Shown here: positions 28,890 through 43,429 of the stretch, piece after piece | How positions within the stretch are numbered: the first letter of the stretch is position 1 | Layout of the letters: each line of letters starts with the position of its first letter | Assembly (NCBI GenBank): GCA_964016885.1 | Contig: OZ024740.1 | Span: 153,574,001 to 153,638,000, forward strand | Source: Eledone cirrhosa | Lineage: Eukaryota | Direction: 5' to 3' | DNA: 64,000 bases | Position numbers and translations under genes: made by a program | The notes under the pieces: generated by a model | Databases searched by the model: none | What the model was told of the DNA's origin: nothing | Seen by the model: only the letters and a program-made list of their open reading frames with translations

Positions 28890-29290
28890 CCTTCTGAAAC
28901 ACTCTAACCACATGTTCATAATATCGGAGCTGTGAACTCTCGATACCTGGAGCGACTCTCAGATCTCCGGGCTACGCATTCTATCGAGTAACGTTACTCC
29001 AAAGACCCTTCGGAGGAACCCCATTTCGGCCGCTTGTGTTCGTGATAGTAGTCTTTAGGTCATTATCCAAGATTCATGACCATAGGTAAGGAGTGACACG
29101 AATACCGAATTGAAGATAGCAAGTTTTACACCTAGCTCATTCTTCTGATAACCTCGTTCTAAAGCTGACGCATTCCTGCAGCAGCTCTTGCATTATTGCA
29201 CTTAATTCAGCCTCTTCCTTTCATCTATCGTGAACACGTCACCGAAATATTTAAACTTATGCAGCTGCTTCAGTGGAGCTCTACTCAAAA
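28890..29290 (-). pseudogene. Decayed RTE-type LINE fragment, C-terminal to the RT
   Basis: Minus strand reads FKYFGDVFT and LLTYGHESWIMT*RLLSRTQAAEMGFLRRVFGVTLLDRMRS. Confidence 0.75.
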
Positions 29291-29649
29291 GTAGAATGAA
29301 TCGGACAAAATACCTAACTTTAATCTCACCAGGATCGATAAAATTCATACTATTGATGTACTGGGGAATATATAATTTACTTTCTGTCCTTTATATAGTT
29401 CTGGTTTTATGCCTACCTACGTAGAATATTCTCTTTAAAGAGTGTGCAGAGAACAAAAGGCAGAACCCATAATGGTTACAAGAAACACTCCCTGACTGGT
29501 GAGTTATCGAGGCAGTTGATGTTCAGTTTAACACTTTTCATACTAACCTGCCTGAAACCACTCCAATTTCGATGATAAAAAAGTTAATATTTAATGAAAA
29601 CGTTCCAGCATAGAACATTTTGTTAAGTCATGCACCAAACATTAACTAA

Positions 29650-29845
29650 TAATTGTTTCTACTTTAGGCACAAGGCCAGCAATTTAAAGAGAGGGTCGAT
29701 TTAATCGACCCCAGTGCATTACTAGTGCTTTATTTATCGACCCCATAAGGATGTAACACAAAGCTAACCTCGGTGGTATTTGAACTCAGAACGTAAAAAG
29801 TCGTAACTCTATGCCACGAAGCATGGTGTCCGGCGCTCTACCGGA
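29650..29845 (-). mobile_element. SINE family 1
   Basis: Reverse complement of the consensus, aattgtttctactttaggcacaaggcc...ggcgctctacc. Confidence 0.85.
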
Positions 29846-31363
29846 CAACGTTGTATATATTAATCCCTATATTTCAAAATTAATTGAAATATTCTGACAG
29901 TGTATTTCATTTGAAATATGGCAATAAAAGAGTTAAATGTGTGCAGGGGAAACGGTGAAGGGTGATTCCATATAGTTTTTATCATATCTTCCATTTAGTA
30001 AAATAAACTACTTCCTCCGATGCGGGGCTGTGAATGAACGACTACACAAAGTGCTTATAGTAAGAGATTTCGTGAATGGTAAGTCACAGTAACAATACTG
30101 AAGAGAAAAATATATATATATATATATATAAAGGGTTGTTGGTTTTGGGTGGTAGAAATGGTATGCATATACCCGTAACTCTTGGTGGTGTTGCAGTGAT
30201 GCTGCAGTGACATACGGCATTTTTTAAACTTGGCGGATCCCATCTCCTCGCTTGGTCTGAATATACCAGATTTCTTCCAAAGAAGGAGAGGAAATGAAAA
30301 AAAGTTCTAGAGAAATAATCTGCTCTAAGTTTAAATCCCGAGGAGGTCAACCTGGCCCTTCGTTATTTCGAGGTCGACAACAAAGAATATTAGCCTAGAA
30401 TTGGGGCAGATTCTATTTCTATATCGACTGTGTGTCGACCTGAAGAGTGATTGTCTCCGCTCGGTTTCAAATACCTAAGTCACGCCGTATGTACGGTGCC
30501 TCTACGATTCCAGTAGAAGTTATACGGCCATACATACAAGCATTTTGTGTCAATGCTTAAGCTAGTCGTCATAGGCCCTGAAATATATGTTGACATGAAA
30601 CATCAATTTTATTCCGTCACGAATAAGACAGTTTAACTTCGTAAAAATTGGGTGGTAGATTTAAATCTTACACCATTGCTTTGTTCTTGTGGGTATTTAG
30701 TGGAATCCACTGCGTTGTAACTATTCGGATTAAGTCTCAATACCTTGATACACTGCTATCTTATTGCAGAAACCCATTCTTCTCGGGATTTTTTCTATCT
30801 TACTTCAACAATCTCTGAAACTCAGAAAAGGGTCATGAGCGCTGCCCCTCCCTCATCTGACTAAGTCATTAAACAAAAATGTTTCATTCTGGAGCAGATA
30901 TGTTCTCAAAGAGCCAGAGAGTGGTGTGTGAGAGAGAGTGGGGATTAGATGAGCTGATAAGCCTAATTTTTTCCCGAAACATTTAATGGTTTGTGTAAAT
31001 ATAGAATTACGAAGAAAAACCATTCATCACGGATGTACAATTCAATCCGTTTGTTTCAGTTCGTTTTATTTTAATGATCAAATTTTGTGTCCATAACGTC
31101 GTTGCACTATAGATCAGATCGGACTGAATGAAGGCAAATTTGTGGTGAATTCTTTCCTTATTCCTTTCAGTAGAAACTGATTTATCATGTTAGGCATATT
31201 TATTAACTAATGAAATGCTGTAAAGAAATGTATATTATAAAAAAAGGAAATAAAATGAAGCTTCGAATAATAAATATAGTTAAATCGGGAGATATAAAAC
31301 TGATGAAATGAAGTAAACAAAGAAACTCTGTCTTCTCAGCACTCTTTTTCTCAAACACACACA

Positions 31364-31432
<69 letters not shown>

Positions 31433-31442
31433 CACACACAAA

Positions 31443-31530
<88 letters not shown>

Positions 31531-31754
31531 TCGTTCGCTTTCTTTATATCTGTCTCTATATATCTAATCTATCTCTCTATCTATCAACCTTATCTCTTTC
31601 TTCGTCTCAGAGCAGCCATAACTCTTTCTACTCGCAAACTTAGGACTTCAGAGTTTTAGTTGTGGTCTTTTGGGAACTCAAATATCTAGGTTACTAAATA
31701 TTTCAACACTAATCTTGACATACATACACACATGCATACATATATACATGCATG

Positions 31755-32063
31755 CATACATACATACATACATACATACATACATACATACATACATACA
31801 TACATACACGGTGGCTGCCAACTCGTTTTCGAGTACGGCCACTACTTTACATCCGTGTAGGAGAACCCCTACCGACGCGCTGAACGAGAGTGACTTTTTA
31901 GTTCAGCCAGCGACTTGAAAACTCTTGTACAAACACTACACTTGTGACAATTATTGACACATAGTGCTGGGCCCTTGGTACCATGTGACGGCAAGTTCAG
32001 AGAGATATCCATACATACATACATACATACATACATACATACATACATACATACATACATACA

Positions 32064-32094
<31 letters not shown>

Positions 32095-33170
32095 GTATTA
32101 GCGCATCTCCCTAATTCATAGACTACAAATGGCTGCGATAGCTGGCATCTTCAAAATTTGCAAAACATTCTTGCGATTCAAGGGATGACAATTTCTTTTC
32201 TTTTACAACCTTGCCACCAGGAAGGTGGCCGGTCAAAAATGTACTCGAAATTAAGAGAAAGAGATACATACATACATACATACATACATGGTGGCTGCCA
32301 ATTCGTTTTCGAGTACGGCCACTACTTTATATATATGTAGGAGAACCCCTACCGATGCGCTGAACGAGTGTGACTTTTTAGTCCAGCCAGCGACTTGAAA
32401 ACTCTGGTACAAACACTACACTTGTGACAATTATTGACACAGTGCTGGGCCCATGGTACCATGTGATGACAAGTGCAGAGAGATCTCCAGATATAAAGCA
32501 ATGCCTGTGCCGTGAGGCTTTTATAGTGAGCAAAGGCACTGCACAAAGCCAGTCCCATTCTCTTAACCAAGATGATATTTACCAAAAAGAAGAACAAGTC
32601 AACATCATTAGATACCATCATGGTTGCAGGTGTTATATCAGAGTTTTCCTTCTCCTAGAATTCTACCTTGGCAAAGGCTAAGGGGCCATCTCTCCCGGTG
32701 ATTTTGGATGGCCATTGACTCTTAAGAGCTCCTTTGCCTTTTGACAGGTTTTGTTTTTAGTCCTGCAGGATGTCCAAAGTCCCCATCCTCACCAAGAAAC
32801 CTTGGTGGGATTGCCAGTTTAGTCGCCAACGACCCGACCATGAGACAGGTTGTACTGGGATACATGTTACCAGTAGCACCAACTGGTGACCTGACATACA
32901 TACATACTGGCTCCATCTCAGTTTCGGGGATTGCCATCACTTGTTCTTTTTCTCTTACATGGGTCGCATGAACAACACTGACAGGTATCCCCCCCCCCCA
33001 CGAAAAAAAAAGAACAGGTCAACATCATTGGCTCCCATCGAGTCGCAGGTTTTACATCAGTTTTCCTTCTCCTAGAATGATATCCTAACAAGAACTTGGG
33101 GTCTCTCACTCCCGGTGGGCCAACTGCGCGCTCGGATACCAAACAGAGTATTCTTTTTCTCCGTGCATAC
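31755..33170 (-). mobile_element. Stack of RTE-like LINE remnants: 3' ends with a C2H2 finger and (TATG)n tails, plus 5'-UTR-like pieces
   Basis: HKCSVCTRVFKSLA(E/G)LKSH occurs twice (about 31880-31950 and 32360-32430), each followed by ctcgaaaacga..tggcagccacc and (TATG)n. The motif ctaggagaaggaaaac occurs at about 32645 and 33060. Confidence 0.6.
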
Positions 33171-33227
33171 ATACATCACACACATACACACACGCACACA
33201 CACACGCGCACGCACACACACGCGCGC

Positions 33228-33311
<84 letters not shown>

Positions 33312-33691
33312 AAATGGATTTTTGTCGGCTTCAGTGTTGAATTCTTCGAGTTTCCGGTGAAGGAATCACTTAATTCTCAAGCAGAATCAGTGTGACACAA
33401 TGTTGAACAAACCTGACATTTCGATTTACAGATGTAGTCCATCCAACGGGCTGCCAAGCAGTCGCAGTCTACACAATTGTAATTACATGATGTGTTTCTA
33501 CTCGAGTCGCAGGTTTTACATCAGTTTTCCTTCTCCTAGAATGATATCCTAACAAGAACTTGGGGTCTCTCACTCCCGGTGGGTCAACTGCGCGCTCGGA
33601 TACCAAACAGAGTATTCTTTTTCTCCGTGCATACATACATCACACACATACCCACGCGCGCACGCGCACGCACACGCGCACGCGCACGCAC

Positions 33692-33753
<62 letters not shown>

Positions 33754-33930
33754 AAATGGATTTTTGTCGGCTTCAGTGTTGAATTCTTCGAGTTTCCGGT
33801 GAAGGAATCACTTAATTCTCAAGCAGAATCAGTGTGACACAATGTTGAACAAACCTGACATTTCGATTTACAGATGTAGTCCATCCAACGGGCTGCCAAG
33901 CAGTCGCAGTCTACACAATTGTAATTACAT
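33039..33930. repeat. Recent tandem duplication of about 460 bp
   Basis: cgagtcgcaggttt...aattgtaattacat at 33039-33488 and 33503-33930 are near-identical apart from the (CA)/(CACG) tract. Confidence 0.92.
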
Positions 33931-34120
33931 AATTGTTTCTACTTTAGGCACAAGGCCAGCAATTACCCAGTGCATTACTGGTACTTTATTTTATCGACCC
34001 CGTAAGGATGAAAGGCAAAGTCAACCTCGGCGGGATTTGAACTCAGATCGTAAAGGGACGTAACTATGCTGGAAAGCATGGCGTCCGACCCTCCACCGAT
34101 ACTGCCAATCCACCGCCCTA
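33931..34120 (-). mobile_element. Young SINE family 1 insertion with TSD
   Basis: TSD aattgtaattacataat at about 33917 and 34121. Confidence 0.9.
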
Positions 34121-34705
34121 ATTGTAATTACATAATGTGTTTCTACCCGGTCGTGGTAGAAGACACTTTCCCGATATATCAAGCAGTTATGTATTTTATA
34201 GGTCACTGATTGATCATCAGAAGACGAAACCCCGAACCCTTCTGTCCACGAAGAGAACATATAGTAAAACGTATACATCTATATACATATAGAAAGAAAA
34301 AAATAGAAAGAACTGTTAACACTTGCTGGAATCGTAGGGCTGCCGTCCTTACACAAGGCGTGTCTTGGTCATTTTAAACCTAGCAAAGGCCATCACTCTA
34401 TTGGTCCGAACACAGCTAATTTTTCCCAGAGCAAATCAGACCCAGTACTAGACTGGTACTTTGTTTATCGACCTCAGAAATATAAAAGGCAAAGTTGACC
34501 AGGGCAGGTTTTAAGTCAGAGTTCAGAAATGAATACCCCGTAGCTGTTTACCCGATGTTCTAACAACTTTGCCAACTCGTCGCCTTATACTTAGAAATTA
34601 GTTGTATTCAAGACATGAAAATAGCATGGGTTATACTAGTTTTAAAATACCCAGGTATGTCACTATGGCGTCCCTATGACCATAAGGAGCTATGGGTCCA
34701 TATAT

Positions 34706-34881
34706 CAGACCTGTCAACTCTCCCTGTCCCGGATCTTTGGGGTGGGTGAGATATGTCTTCTCTTGTGAAAATGGGTATTACTTTCATTATGTAAAATCTC
34801 CCCATTTTGCCTCATTTCTCCCCGTTTTGGGGTATTTTTCATCATACACCCCGTTTAGGTTTTTAGAGGTTGGCAGGTCTG
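34706..34881. mobile_element. MITE with terminal inverted repeats; second copy at about 42487-42649
   Basis: tatatcagacctgtcaactctc ... gaggttggcaggtctgatata. The interior gggtgggtgaga.atgtcttctc..gaaaatgggta is shared with the second copy. Confidence 0.7.
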
Positions 34882-35088
34882 ATATATACAGAGAGAAGGA
34901 CAGATAATTATAATGTTTTACCAACGCATAATTATAATATAGTAACACACATAATAATAAAATATTAATTAGATAAATGTGTCCCTGCCCTACCGAAGCT
35001 ACTTATTCCAGGTGTAGTTTTGTGAAGTGTCATAGACAAAAAAAAAGTGATAATTACTATAGCATGTCAGTAAGGCGCTGATCGTACA

Positions 35089-35148
<60 letters not shown>

Positions 35149-35286
35149 TGTGTGTGTGTGCGTGTGTTCGTACAGGTTTTGTGTGTATAAAGAGCTGTGT
35201 GTCTATGTGGTTCGTATTGATCTTAGTTTGTTTATTAGTTCATGTCACCGTTTGTTTTCCTGCCTACACATATGCTTCTATTTGTT

Positions 35287-35396
<110 letters not shown>

Positions 35397-35786
35397 GCGT
35401 GCATATTTAGGTGTACGTGTAAATGAATGTGCGTAATTAACTGCGTATATGTATATATATATAAATATATATATATACGTATATGTGTGTATATATATAT
35501 AGGGAGAGAGATTTGTGTGTTTGTATATATTTGTATATTCGTATCTATATGTGTGTATGTGTGCTTATTGTGTGTATGTGTATATTTGTTTATATGTGGA
35601 AATATTCAGTTGCCGTCCATTGTGTTACTGTTTAATTTCACATAGTATCCTTATTTGTACACACGCCTACACAGAAACACATATTTACACATATGCATAC
35701 GTACAGATGTACACATACACACACACTGTCACACAAACACATACAAATACTCTCGATTCTCTCTCTTATTCTCCCTCTCTCGCTCA

Positions 35787-35861
<75 letters not shown>

Positions 35862-36005
35862 TCTCACTTATTTGACCTCTCATCGACACACTCACACACA
35901 CACTCTCTTTCTCTAACAATACACACACATATTGAGTGACATATCTCAGAAATTTTGACCAAGAAACGCTACCATTCCCCTCTCCTCCTCCTCCTGATGC
36001 TGCTG

Positions 36006-36056
<51 letters not shown>

Positions 36057-36876
36057 ATACTGACCAACGAGAAATATGACCCCTACTACCTTAATAATTG
36101 AAATAACATTTTAGATAATATAGTCTTGACGCAGACCTCAGAAATGTGCATTACAACTTAAAAGGATTACACCTTTATATAAATTTGTATAATTAGATTT
36201 AACATAATATTTTTCTGCGATCAATAAATCAATCGCTAAACATCTTTATTGTAGAAATATCGAGAGTGGTGGAGGGGATCGTATAGTGTAGTGACCTTCG
36301 CCATTATTTTGCGTTGGTAAGTGTGGTTTGTGTTGCGGAAAATGTAAGCTTAGTAATTTTATTAGTGTGCTCACAACAAGAAGTGTCAACACCTGGGCTC
36401 GTCAGGTGTCAGTTTACAAAACTGTAAGTTGACATTATTCTATTTTGGAGAATAGGACGCATATCTGGGAGAAAGTGGTGCACATTGTAGAGCTAACCTA
36501 AGGTGCTAAATACTGAGGCACCGGTTCTGATTACACAGTCACTCGTCTTGCTAGAATTAGCAACCAAATCTCCTTCAAAGTTCGCCATCCCGTCTTAAAA
36601 ATGGATCAAATATACTAGATAATTTAGTTCTGAATAGGAGATACGGGAAAAGCAGAAGAAATATTCATGATTAGAATACCGATTAAAGGATGAAATATTG
36701 ACACACATTGAACACGAGATCCTACCGCATTTGTATTTAGCATCAGAACACTGAGGTATATTATCCCAGCCCCATTATCGATCTTTATATTTAGTGTCTA
36801 TTTGTGTATATATATATATATATGATGTTTTCTTCCGAATGAAACAGTTCTAGTCCTGTAGAAACCATTTCTATAT

Positions 36877-36913
<37 letters not shown>

Positions 36914-36922
<9 letters not shown>

Positions 36923-37503
36923 AAAAAATGGGGAGAAGAATACTGCTGGTTGCACATGGATAACATGTAATAAAATAAGTCCCTCATCAGTGATTTGCCG
37001 ACGATCATAGATATTTCATTGCATTAAAAATCATATACCTCACGTCGGTGCAATAATAACTAAATTAAGTTATTAGGACAATTAAAACGCGTAAAGCGAG
37101 TGAAACAAGATAACAACAAAGAGGATGGCTAACCGTAGAAGGAAGGGAACAAGCTTCATAGTTATTCTGTTAGCATAAGCTAGGTGAATATATGAGCGCT
37201 TAGAAAAAAGACCTTTCAGGAGCGAATTCAAATGTGAGAAAGAGAGAAAATGATTTCGTCGCGAACGGGGTGAAGTGAGAAGAGGAGAAACAGTGAGTGA
37301 GTGAGTGGAAGTGTGAGGAAGAGTTAACTGACATGACAGAGGGGGCGAAAGAAAGTAGGAGAAACAGAGAGAGCGAGGGAGCAGTAAGAGAGAGAGAGAG
37401 AGAAAAAAACAGAATCGCAGTTTAGGTAAATATATGTGAAAAAATGGGGAGAAGAATACTGCTGGTTGCACATGGATAACATGTAATAAAATAAGTCCCT
37501 CAT
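36914..37503. repeat. 1.1-mer of a unit of about 518 bp between (TA)n tracts
   Basis: gtgaaaaaatggggagaagaatactgctggttgcacatgg... at about 36919 and 37436. Confidence 0.85.
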
Positions 37504-37595
37504 ATATATATAGTAATAATAAAATTGAAGACTAAAATCCAAAGATCCTGTTAAGGGTGAAAGCAGCGATTCTTTGCTTAAACTTTAATCTGTTA

Positions 37596-37642
<47 letters not shown>

Positions 37643-37650
<8 letters not shown>

Positions 37651-38245
37651 ATACTTGGGGAGGGTCATGTTGTAATACTATTCCCAGAAATAATAACTGA
37701 ACACACTCACTGTTTGGTTGGTTTTCGCTTCTGTATCTTTTATACCTCCATAGTTAATTCATTTGGCCATCAATGTTTATCACTGACTGACCAATGGTCA
37801 AAAATACAGATATAAATATATATATAGTCTAACAAAGTTCTTTCGTTGCACATCTGCAACATCATCAGTGGTACTATTATCATGTTTCCCCTGCTGTATT
37901 GTATGTATTGTATGTATTGTAGTGTCTACGCCATTTTTATTTTTCTGAAAAATAAAAATGGCGTAGACGCTACAATACATACAATACAGTAGGGGAAACA
38001 TGATAATAGTACTACTGATGATGTTGCAGATGTGCAACGAAAGAACTTTGTTAGACTATATATATATTTATATCTGTATTTTTTACCGTTGGTCAGTCAG
38101 TGATAAACATTGATGGGCAAATGAATTAACTATGGAGGTATAAAAGATACAGAAGCGAAATCCAACCAAACAGTGAGTGTGTTCTGTTATTATTTCTGGC
38201 AATATTATTACAACAATATGACCCTCCCCAAGTATAACAATATTT
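37643..38245. repeat. Near-perfect palindrome of about 600 bp, centred near 37946
   Basis: The arms mirror from tattgttatacttggggagggtcat to atgaccctccccaagtataacaata. The centre is catttttatttttc-t-gaaaaataaaaatg. Confidence 0.93.
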
Positions 38246-38299
38246 GTTTCGACACACGATTTCATATCAAAAACCTTGCAAAACAAATTCATCGCCGTC

Positions 38300-38348
<49 letters not shown>

Positions 38349-38518
38349 AGTATGGTTGCAGCATGCGTCCATAGGCGGTATGCCGGTTGAGCACTCTATG
38401 CTCCTTCGGAGCAGAGTAAGATAATATGGAAAACGAAGATTTATTACGTATTACAATTGATTACAAATGTAATACATAATAAATTGTGTTCCGATGCATC
38501 ACTGATTCTTCGTTTTCC

Positions 38519-38581
<63 letters not shown>

Positions 38582-38588
<7 letters not shown>

Positions 38589-39452
38589 CATGAGAAGAAA
38601 GAAGAATACTGCGTGGTTTGCACATGGGTTACATATGATAAAAATAGTCCTTCGTCAGTGATTTTCCAACCATCATTGGTATTTCATCGCATTAAAAATC
38701 ATATACCTCAGGTTGGTGCGTGCAATAACTAAAAAAAGTTATTGGGACCAGTAATTCGCGTAAAGCGAGGGGGACTAGTAAACAATATAGAAGGATAAAA
38801 GCAAACCAAAGATAGGAAAATAAACAAGCAACATGGTCGTCCGGTCAGCATAAGCTGGGTGGATTTCATGAGCGAGAGATGTACAGACCGTCCGATATGA
38901 GTGAGATGTAAGCAAGAAGAGACCCACTACAAGCCAAACGGGAGGAAGTGAGAAGGGGAGAAACAGAGAGTGAGTGAGTGGAAGTGTGAGGAAGAGGTCA
39001 GTCGAGAGAAAGTGTAACTGACAGAGGGGGCGAAAGAAGGTGAGAGAAACAGAGAGAGCGGGGAAGCAATAAGAGAGAAACAGACAAACGCAGCCGAGGT
39101 AAATATATATAAAAAACATGAGAAGAAAGAAGAATACTGCGTGGTTGCACATGGGTTACATATGATAAAAATAGTCCTTCGTCAGTAATTTGCCAACCAT
39201 CATTGATATTTCATCGCATTAAAAATCATATACCTCAGGTTGGTGCGAGCAATAACTAAAAGTTATTGGGACAAGTAATTCGCGTAAAGCGAGGGGGACA
39301 AGTAAACAACATAGAAGGATAAAAGCAAACCAAAGATAGGAAAATAAACAAGCAACATGGTTGTCCGGTCAGCATAAACTGGGTGGATTTCATGAGCGAG
39401 AGAAGTACAGACCGTCCGATGTGAGTGAGATGTAAGCAAGAAGAGACCCACT
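38582..39452. repeat. About 1.6-mer of a unit of about 527 bp, related to 36914-37503
   Basis: aaaaacatgagaagaaagaagaatactgcgtgg at about 38584 and 39112. It shares aaaaatcatatacctca and gagtgagtgagtggaagtgtgaggaagag with the 36.9 kb copy. Confidence 0.85.
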
Positions 39453-41631
39453 ATATAGTTTTGCGAGGTTTTTGATATGAAATCGTGTGTCGAAACAATT
39501 CTGGCAATATTATTACACAAATATGACCCTCCCCAAGTATAACAATATATATATATATATCCGAAACTCAAGTACGGGTATAGATTGAAGGTACCCATTT
39601 ACGTGTGTTGTATTGAAGCGAATAACTATATGTATACTCTGGAATTTTACATTTCCTATTGAGTACGCTGAGATGCAACGGGTACTAGCAGTGAAACCCA
39701 TGCTAGTCCCGTCAACTTATTATATATATATATATACACACACACACATTACAAAACATACTCACACAGAAACGCGCGCGCACACACACATGCGCGCACA
39801 CACACACACATGCGCGCGCACACACACACAAATCACAAATAAACATATGTGCTAACAGAAAACACACATGGAGTGTGGTGTTCGGCTTCTATAATTAATT
39901 TTGTCACATGAGGAAAAAAACTTTTAAAAAAGCAATTCATTTTTTTCAACCTTTTGAAGATCCTAAAACTGTGAAGAATTAAGAATGAAAAAAGTTATTA
40001 GGATTTTTCTAGCTTACATAAAGTAATGTTAGTAAACAAGGGTCTTAGAACTGAAAATTAGATTCTTAGAAACAATGTCTTTTTATTGTGTATGTTTACC
40101 AGAAATAAATGTCAAGCAGCATACATCTACACTAACTTATATCTATGTTTCTTTTTTATTTCATTATCATCTTGTAATCCTGGTACAACCTTCTCAAACA
40201 GAGGTTGAATTTTCTTCTCCAAAGTAATCCACGTTAAACGAATCAACATACTGAATTGAATTTTGTTGTTGTTTTTTTTATTTATTGATTTTCAATTCTA
40301 CCAAAGTTGAAAATCGTTGATAAGACCTTGAAGTTGTTGCCATCACTACTAATGATTTAAGGGCGTTCAAGGTATTTGATTTGTACTTAGGGAAAGTAAG
40401 TAAGCTAACCCAATAGTCTCCGTAATAGAAGTACATCACAAAAGATGATTTATGAATGAAGTGAGAATTATATTCCACGAACACTTCAGAAATTTTCTCC
40501 AAACTCTATTTCACTTAGCTGCATCCACATCTAATTTTCCAAGTCACACAGTAGATTCTCAGTAAATTACATTTCAAAATGTTGAAGCACCTAATGCCAG
40601 ATAATCAAATATAATGTTCTTCATGTTTGTTTTATCAAATCAGGTTGTTTTTCTCCCCCATTCATTATCTCTGAATAAGCTTTCCAAATGCTGAAAATTG
40701 CAGAAATTGCCTTTAAAAACGTTACTGGTGATCTTTATTTTCATAGCTTTTATTTTTCGACTGACATAAATAAAGTCACTTTCTTTACAAATGGCAAATT
40801 TTGAAACAAAATAACACAGTTTGACCAGTCAAAACGTATAATTGAAATACATTACTTTCACGTCTCCTAGCTCAGTTCATTGTTGAGAGACAATACTCCT
40901 TCAATGAACCTTCTAATTGAAAACCAGTGAACTTTAGAGCAAGTTCAGGCGTACTTACACGGCTCTGAAAACAGCCAAAACGATGCTGCTTATAAGTGAA
41001 TAGCATTGGCATTTTTAGCCACACCTTGCAACAATTCTTCCGAGTTGTCATTGAAACAAGTATTCCATTTCTTGACAAACAGTCTTCAATTTAACCAAGG
41101 ATGTAAAACGGTACAATTATAGTGTTTTCTTTGATTTGAGCGGCGACACTATTTATATTTCCACACTAAGGCTACAGCACGCTTTGTATTCACAGGAACA
41201 CATTTGCTCCGAGATAAATTTACATTTTCCTGGAATTCATCAAGTTTGTAGAAAATAAATTCACCTGCAGTTTGCTTTCCGATCAGAAAGAGACAAGTAA
41301 TGATCGAAATTTTTTCCCAAGCTTTGATCCAGAAAATGACAATACACAATGAGCTATATATCGCTATTTATGTTCGGGTTTCATCAAACTACAAACCAAA
41401 AGTGCTACTTCCAACAGTTTCGCCATCAGCCCATGCTTCAGATCTTCAGCAATCATATTAGATCAAAGTTTCATTGTGTCATTGGATAAAGGAATTTGCA
41501 ATACTTTAATTCGATTGCTTTCCACCATGTAATAGATTGGCAGCGATTTTCAAACACAGTTTGACAACTTTCCCAGCCTCGATGTATGTCTGTTTTTTTT
41601 CTTTCATGAACATATATAAAGAGAAGCAAGG

Positions 41632-41728
<97 letters not shown>

Positions 41729-43429
41729 GTGAAGAGTATCTGTACATGTATGTGTTTGTGTTTCTCTCTCACACATACACACACACACAAATACATACAC
41801 AAATACATACACACATGCATACATTATGTAATTAAACAGCAACACACTGAATAGCAACTGAATAATTACACCCACACACACAGACAAACAGACGGATTGA
41901 CAGACAGATAGACAGATAGAAATTTTCAGAGACAGGAAGATATGATTTTATATTTACTTTGCTGACTACTGTACATTGTTTTTCAATGTCTCTATATTTG
42001 AAGGAGCCAGACACTGGTTGCTCTGTGTTACACTGCTAAACAATCACTAATCCGAGGAAGTAGGGATTGGGAAAGGAAAAATTCATACTTGATAGGATTT
42101 TTGTTCCACTTCCTTTTCTTGAGTTTTGAAGAGAGGCTACGTTGGTTGTAGTTCATATTGAAAATGATTTTTTCATTTTCTCTATGATTAAGTGTCATCA
42201 TATGTAACGTACATAATTGGATGTGTAAGCTTGTTATCTCCAGTTTCTTTGTTAAATTCCCAAGTGGTTTGTCTTCTAGACATCTCTCCTCCTGAGAGTT
42301 TTGTTTGAATTCTGCTACTTTTCTTCTAGAGCTTGTTTATATTGGTATTGGTATATTGCAAAAGACACAGTCTCTTAATACACAAGCATTAAACCGTCCC
42401 CTTCTCCCAGCAAATTCGAGTGTCTTAAAGAAATATTGTCAGCTCGTTTGTATGATGCAACCACGCAAATGTATAGGGAATAATGTAGACATGTCAACTC
42501 TCCCCGTCCAACGGGGAGATCCCCAACCCACTTTGGGGTGGGTGAGAGATGTCTTCTCGTGGGAAAATGGGTATAGCTTTCATTATGTAAAAATCTCCCC
42601 ATTTTGCCTCATTTCTCCCCGTTTGGGTTTTTAGAGGTTGGCAAGTCTGATAATTTGGAACAAGATATGCAATTTCTGTGTCATCCACCCCGAAATTAGG
42701 CTATATCAAAATATTTATTATAACCTCACGTTGTAACGCTATCAGAAGTACTTACAAATCAATTATAAAACTGAAACTTTCACCAAGTTCACAACTGCAC
42801 CAGAAAAACTTTTTTTGAAATCATGTATGTAGATTTATAGTCATAACTGTTATACCGAATATTCTGACCTTAATACTTCAGCACAATGTATTTTTTCCAA
42901 GAAACCCTGAGTGTGTTTACAACAATGCTAGTTAGCAAATGCCAAAGTTAGCAAATCAAACCTACAAAATACTAATGTTGCAAGAGTAGAAAATGCAAAA
43001 TATTATTTTTAACTTTAAACTGTCTAAAAGCTAGGCTCAATACTTAATATAGCTCAAATTGGTGTTGGTTGATGCAAATAAGTTATGGCAGAATGAAGTA
43101 TATATTTACTTTACTTCAATAAAGTAAATATATATAAAATTCTAGTTGTATCAGAAAATTGGGCGCTCGAATTAACATTAAGGCTTAACAGTTGCCTACG
43201 GCGATCTTTCAGTGGAGCCATTTATAAATGCATGATCTTACAAACTCATCCTATCTCTGTTGAAAAAGGGTATATTATACTAAATTTGTGAAATATGCTA
43301 CTTTTAAATTAGAAAACAACAGGTTAAGGGAAAACGTCAAATTTCCACTTCTCCATTAATAAAAGTAATAAGAGCTTACTAACCACTTTAATGATAATAG
43401 AGTTTTTTTAAGTATAGAAAAAGATGAGT

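Noticed and set aside
31869-32621. Host C2H2 zinc-finger gene
   Set aside because: These are single fingers directly followed by LINE-type 3' tails, so they are better explained as retroelement ends.
32640-32900. HDV-like ribozyme in the RTE 5'-UTR-like segment
   Set aside because: A GGCCATC/GATGGCC helix exists, but I could not assemble the P2/P3/P1.1 nested pseudoknot by eye.
40500-41350. Possible Crypton-like relic (SKCVPVNTKRAVALVWKY, minus strand)
   Set aside because: Only one short motif resemblance. It would need a tBLASTn or HMM search.
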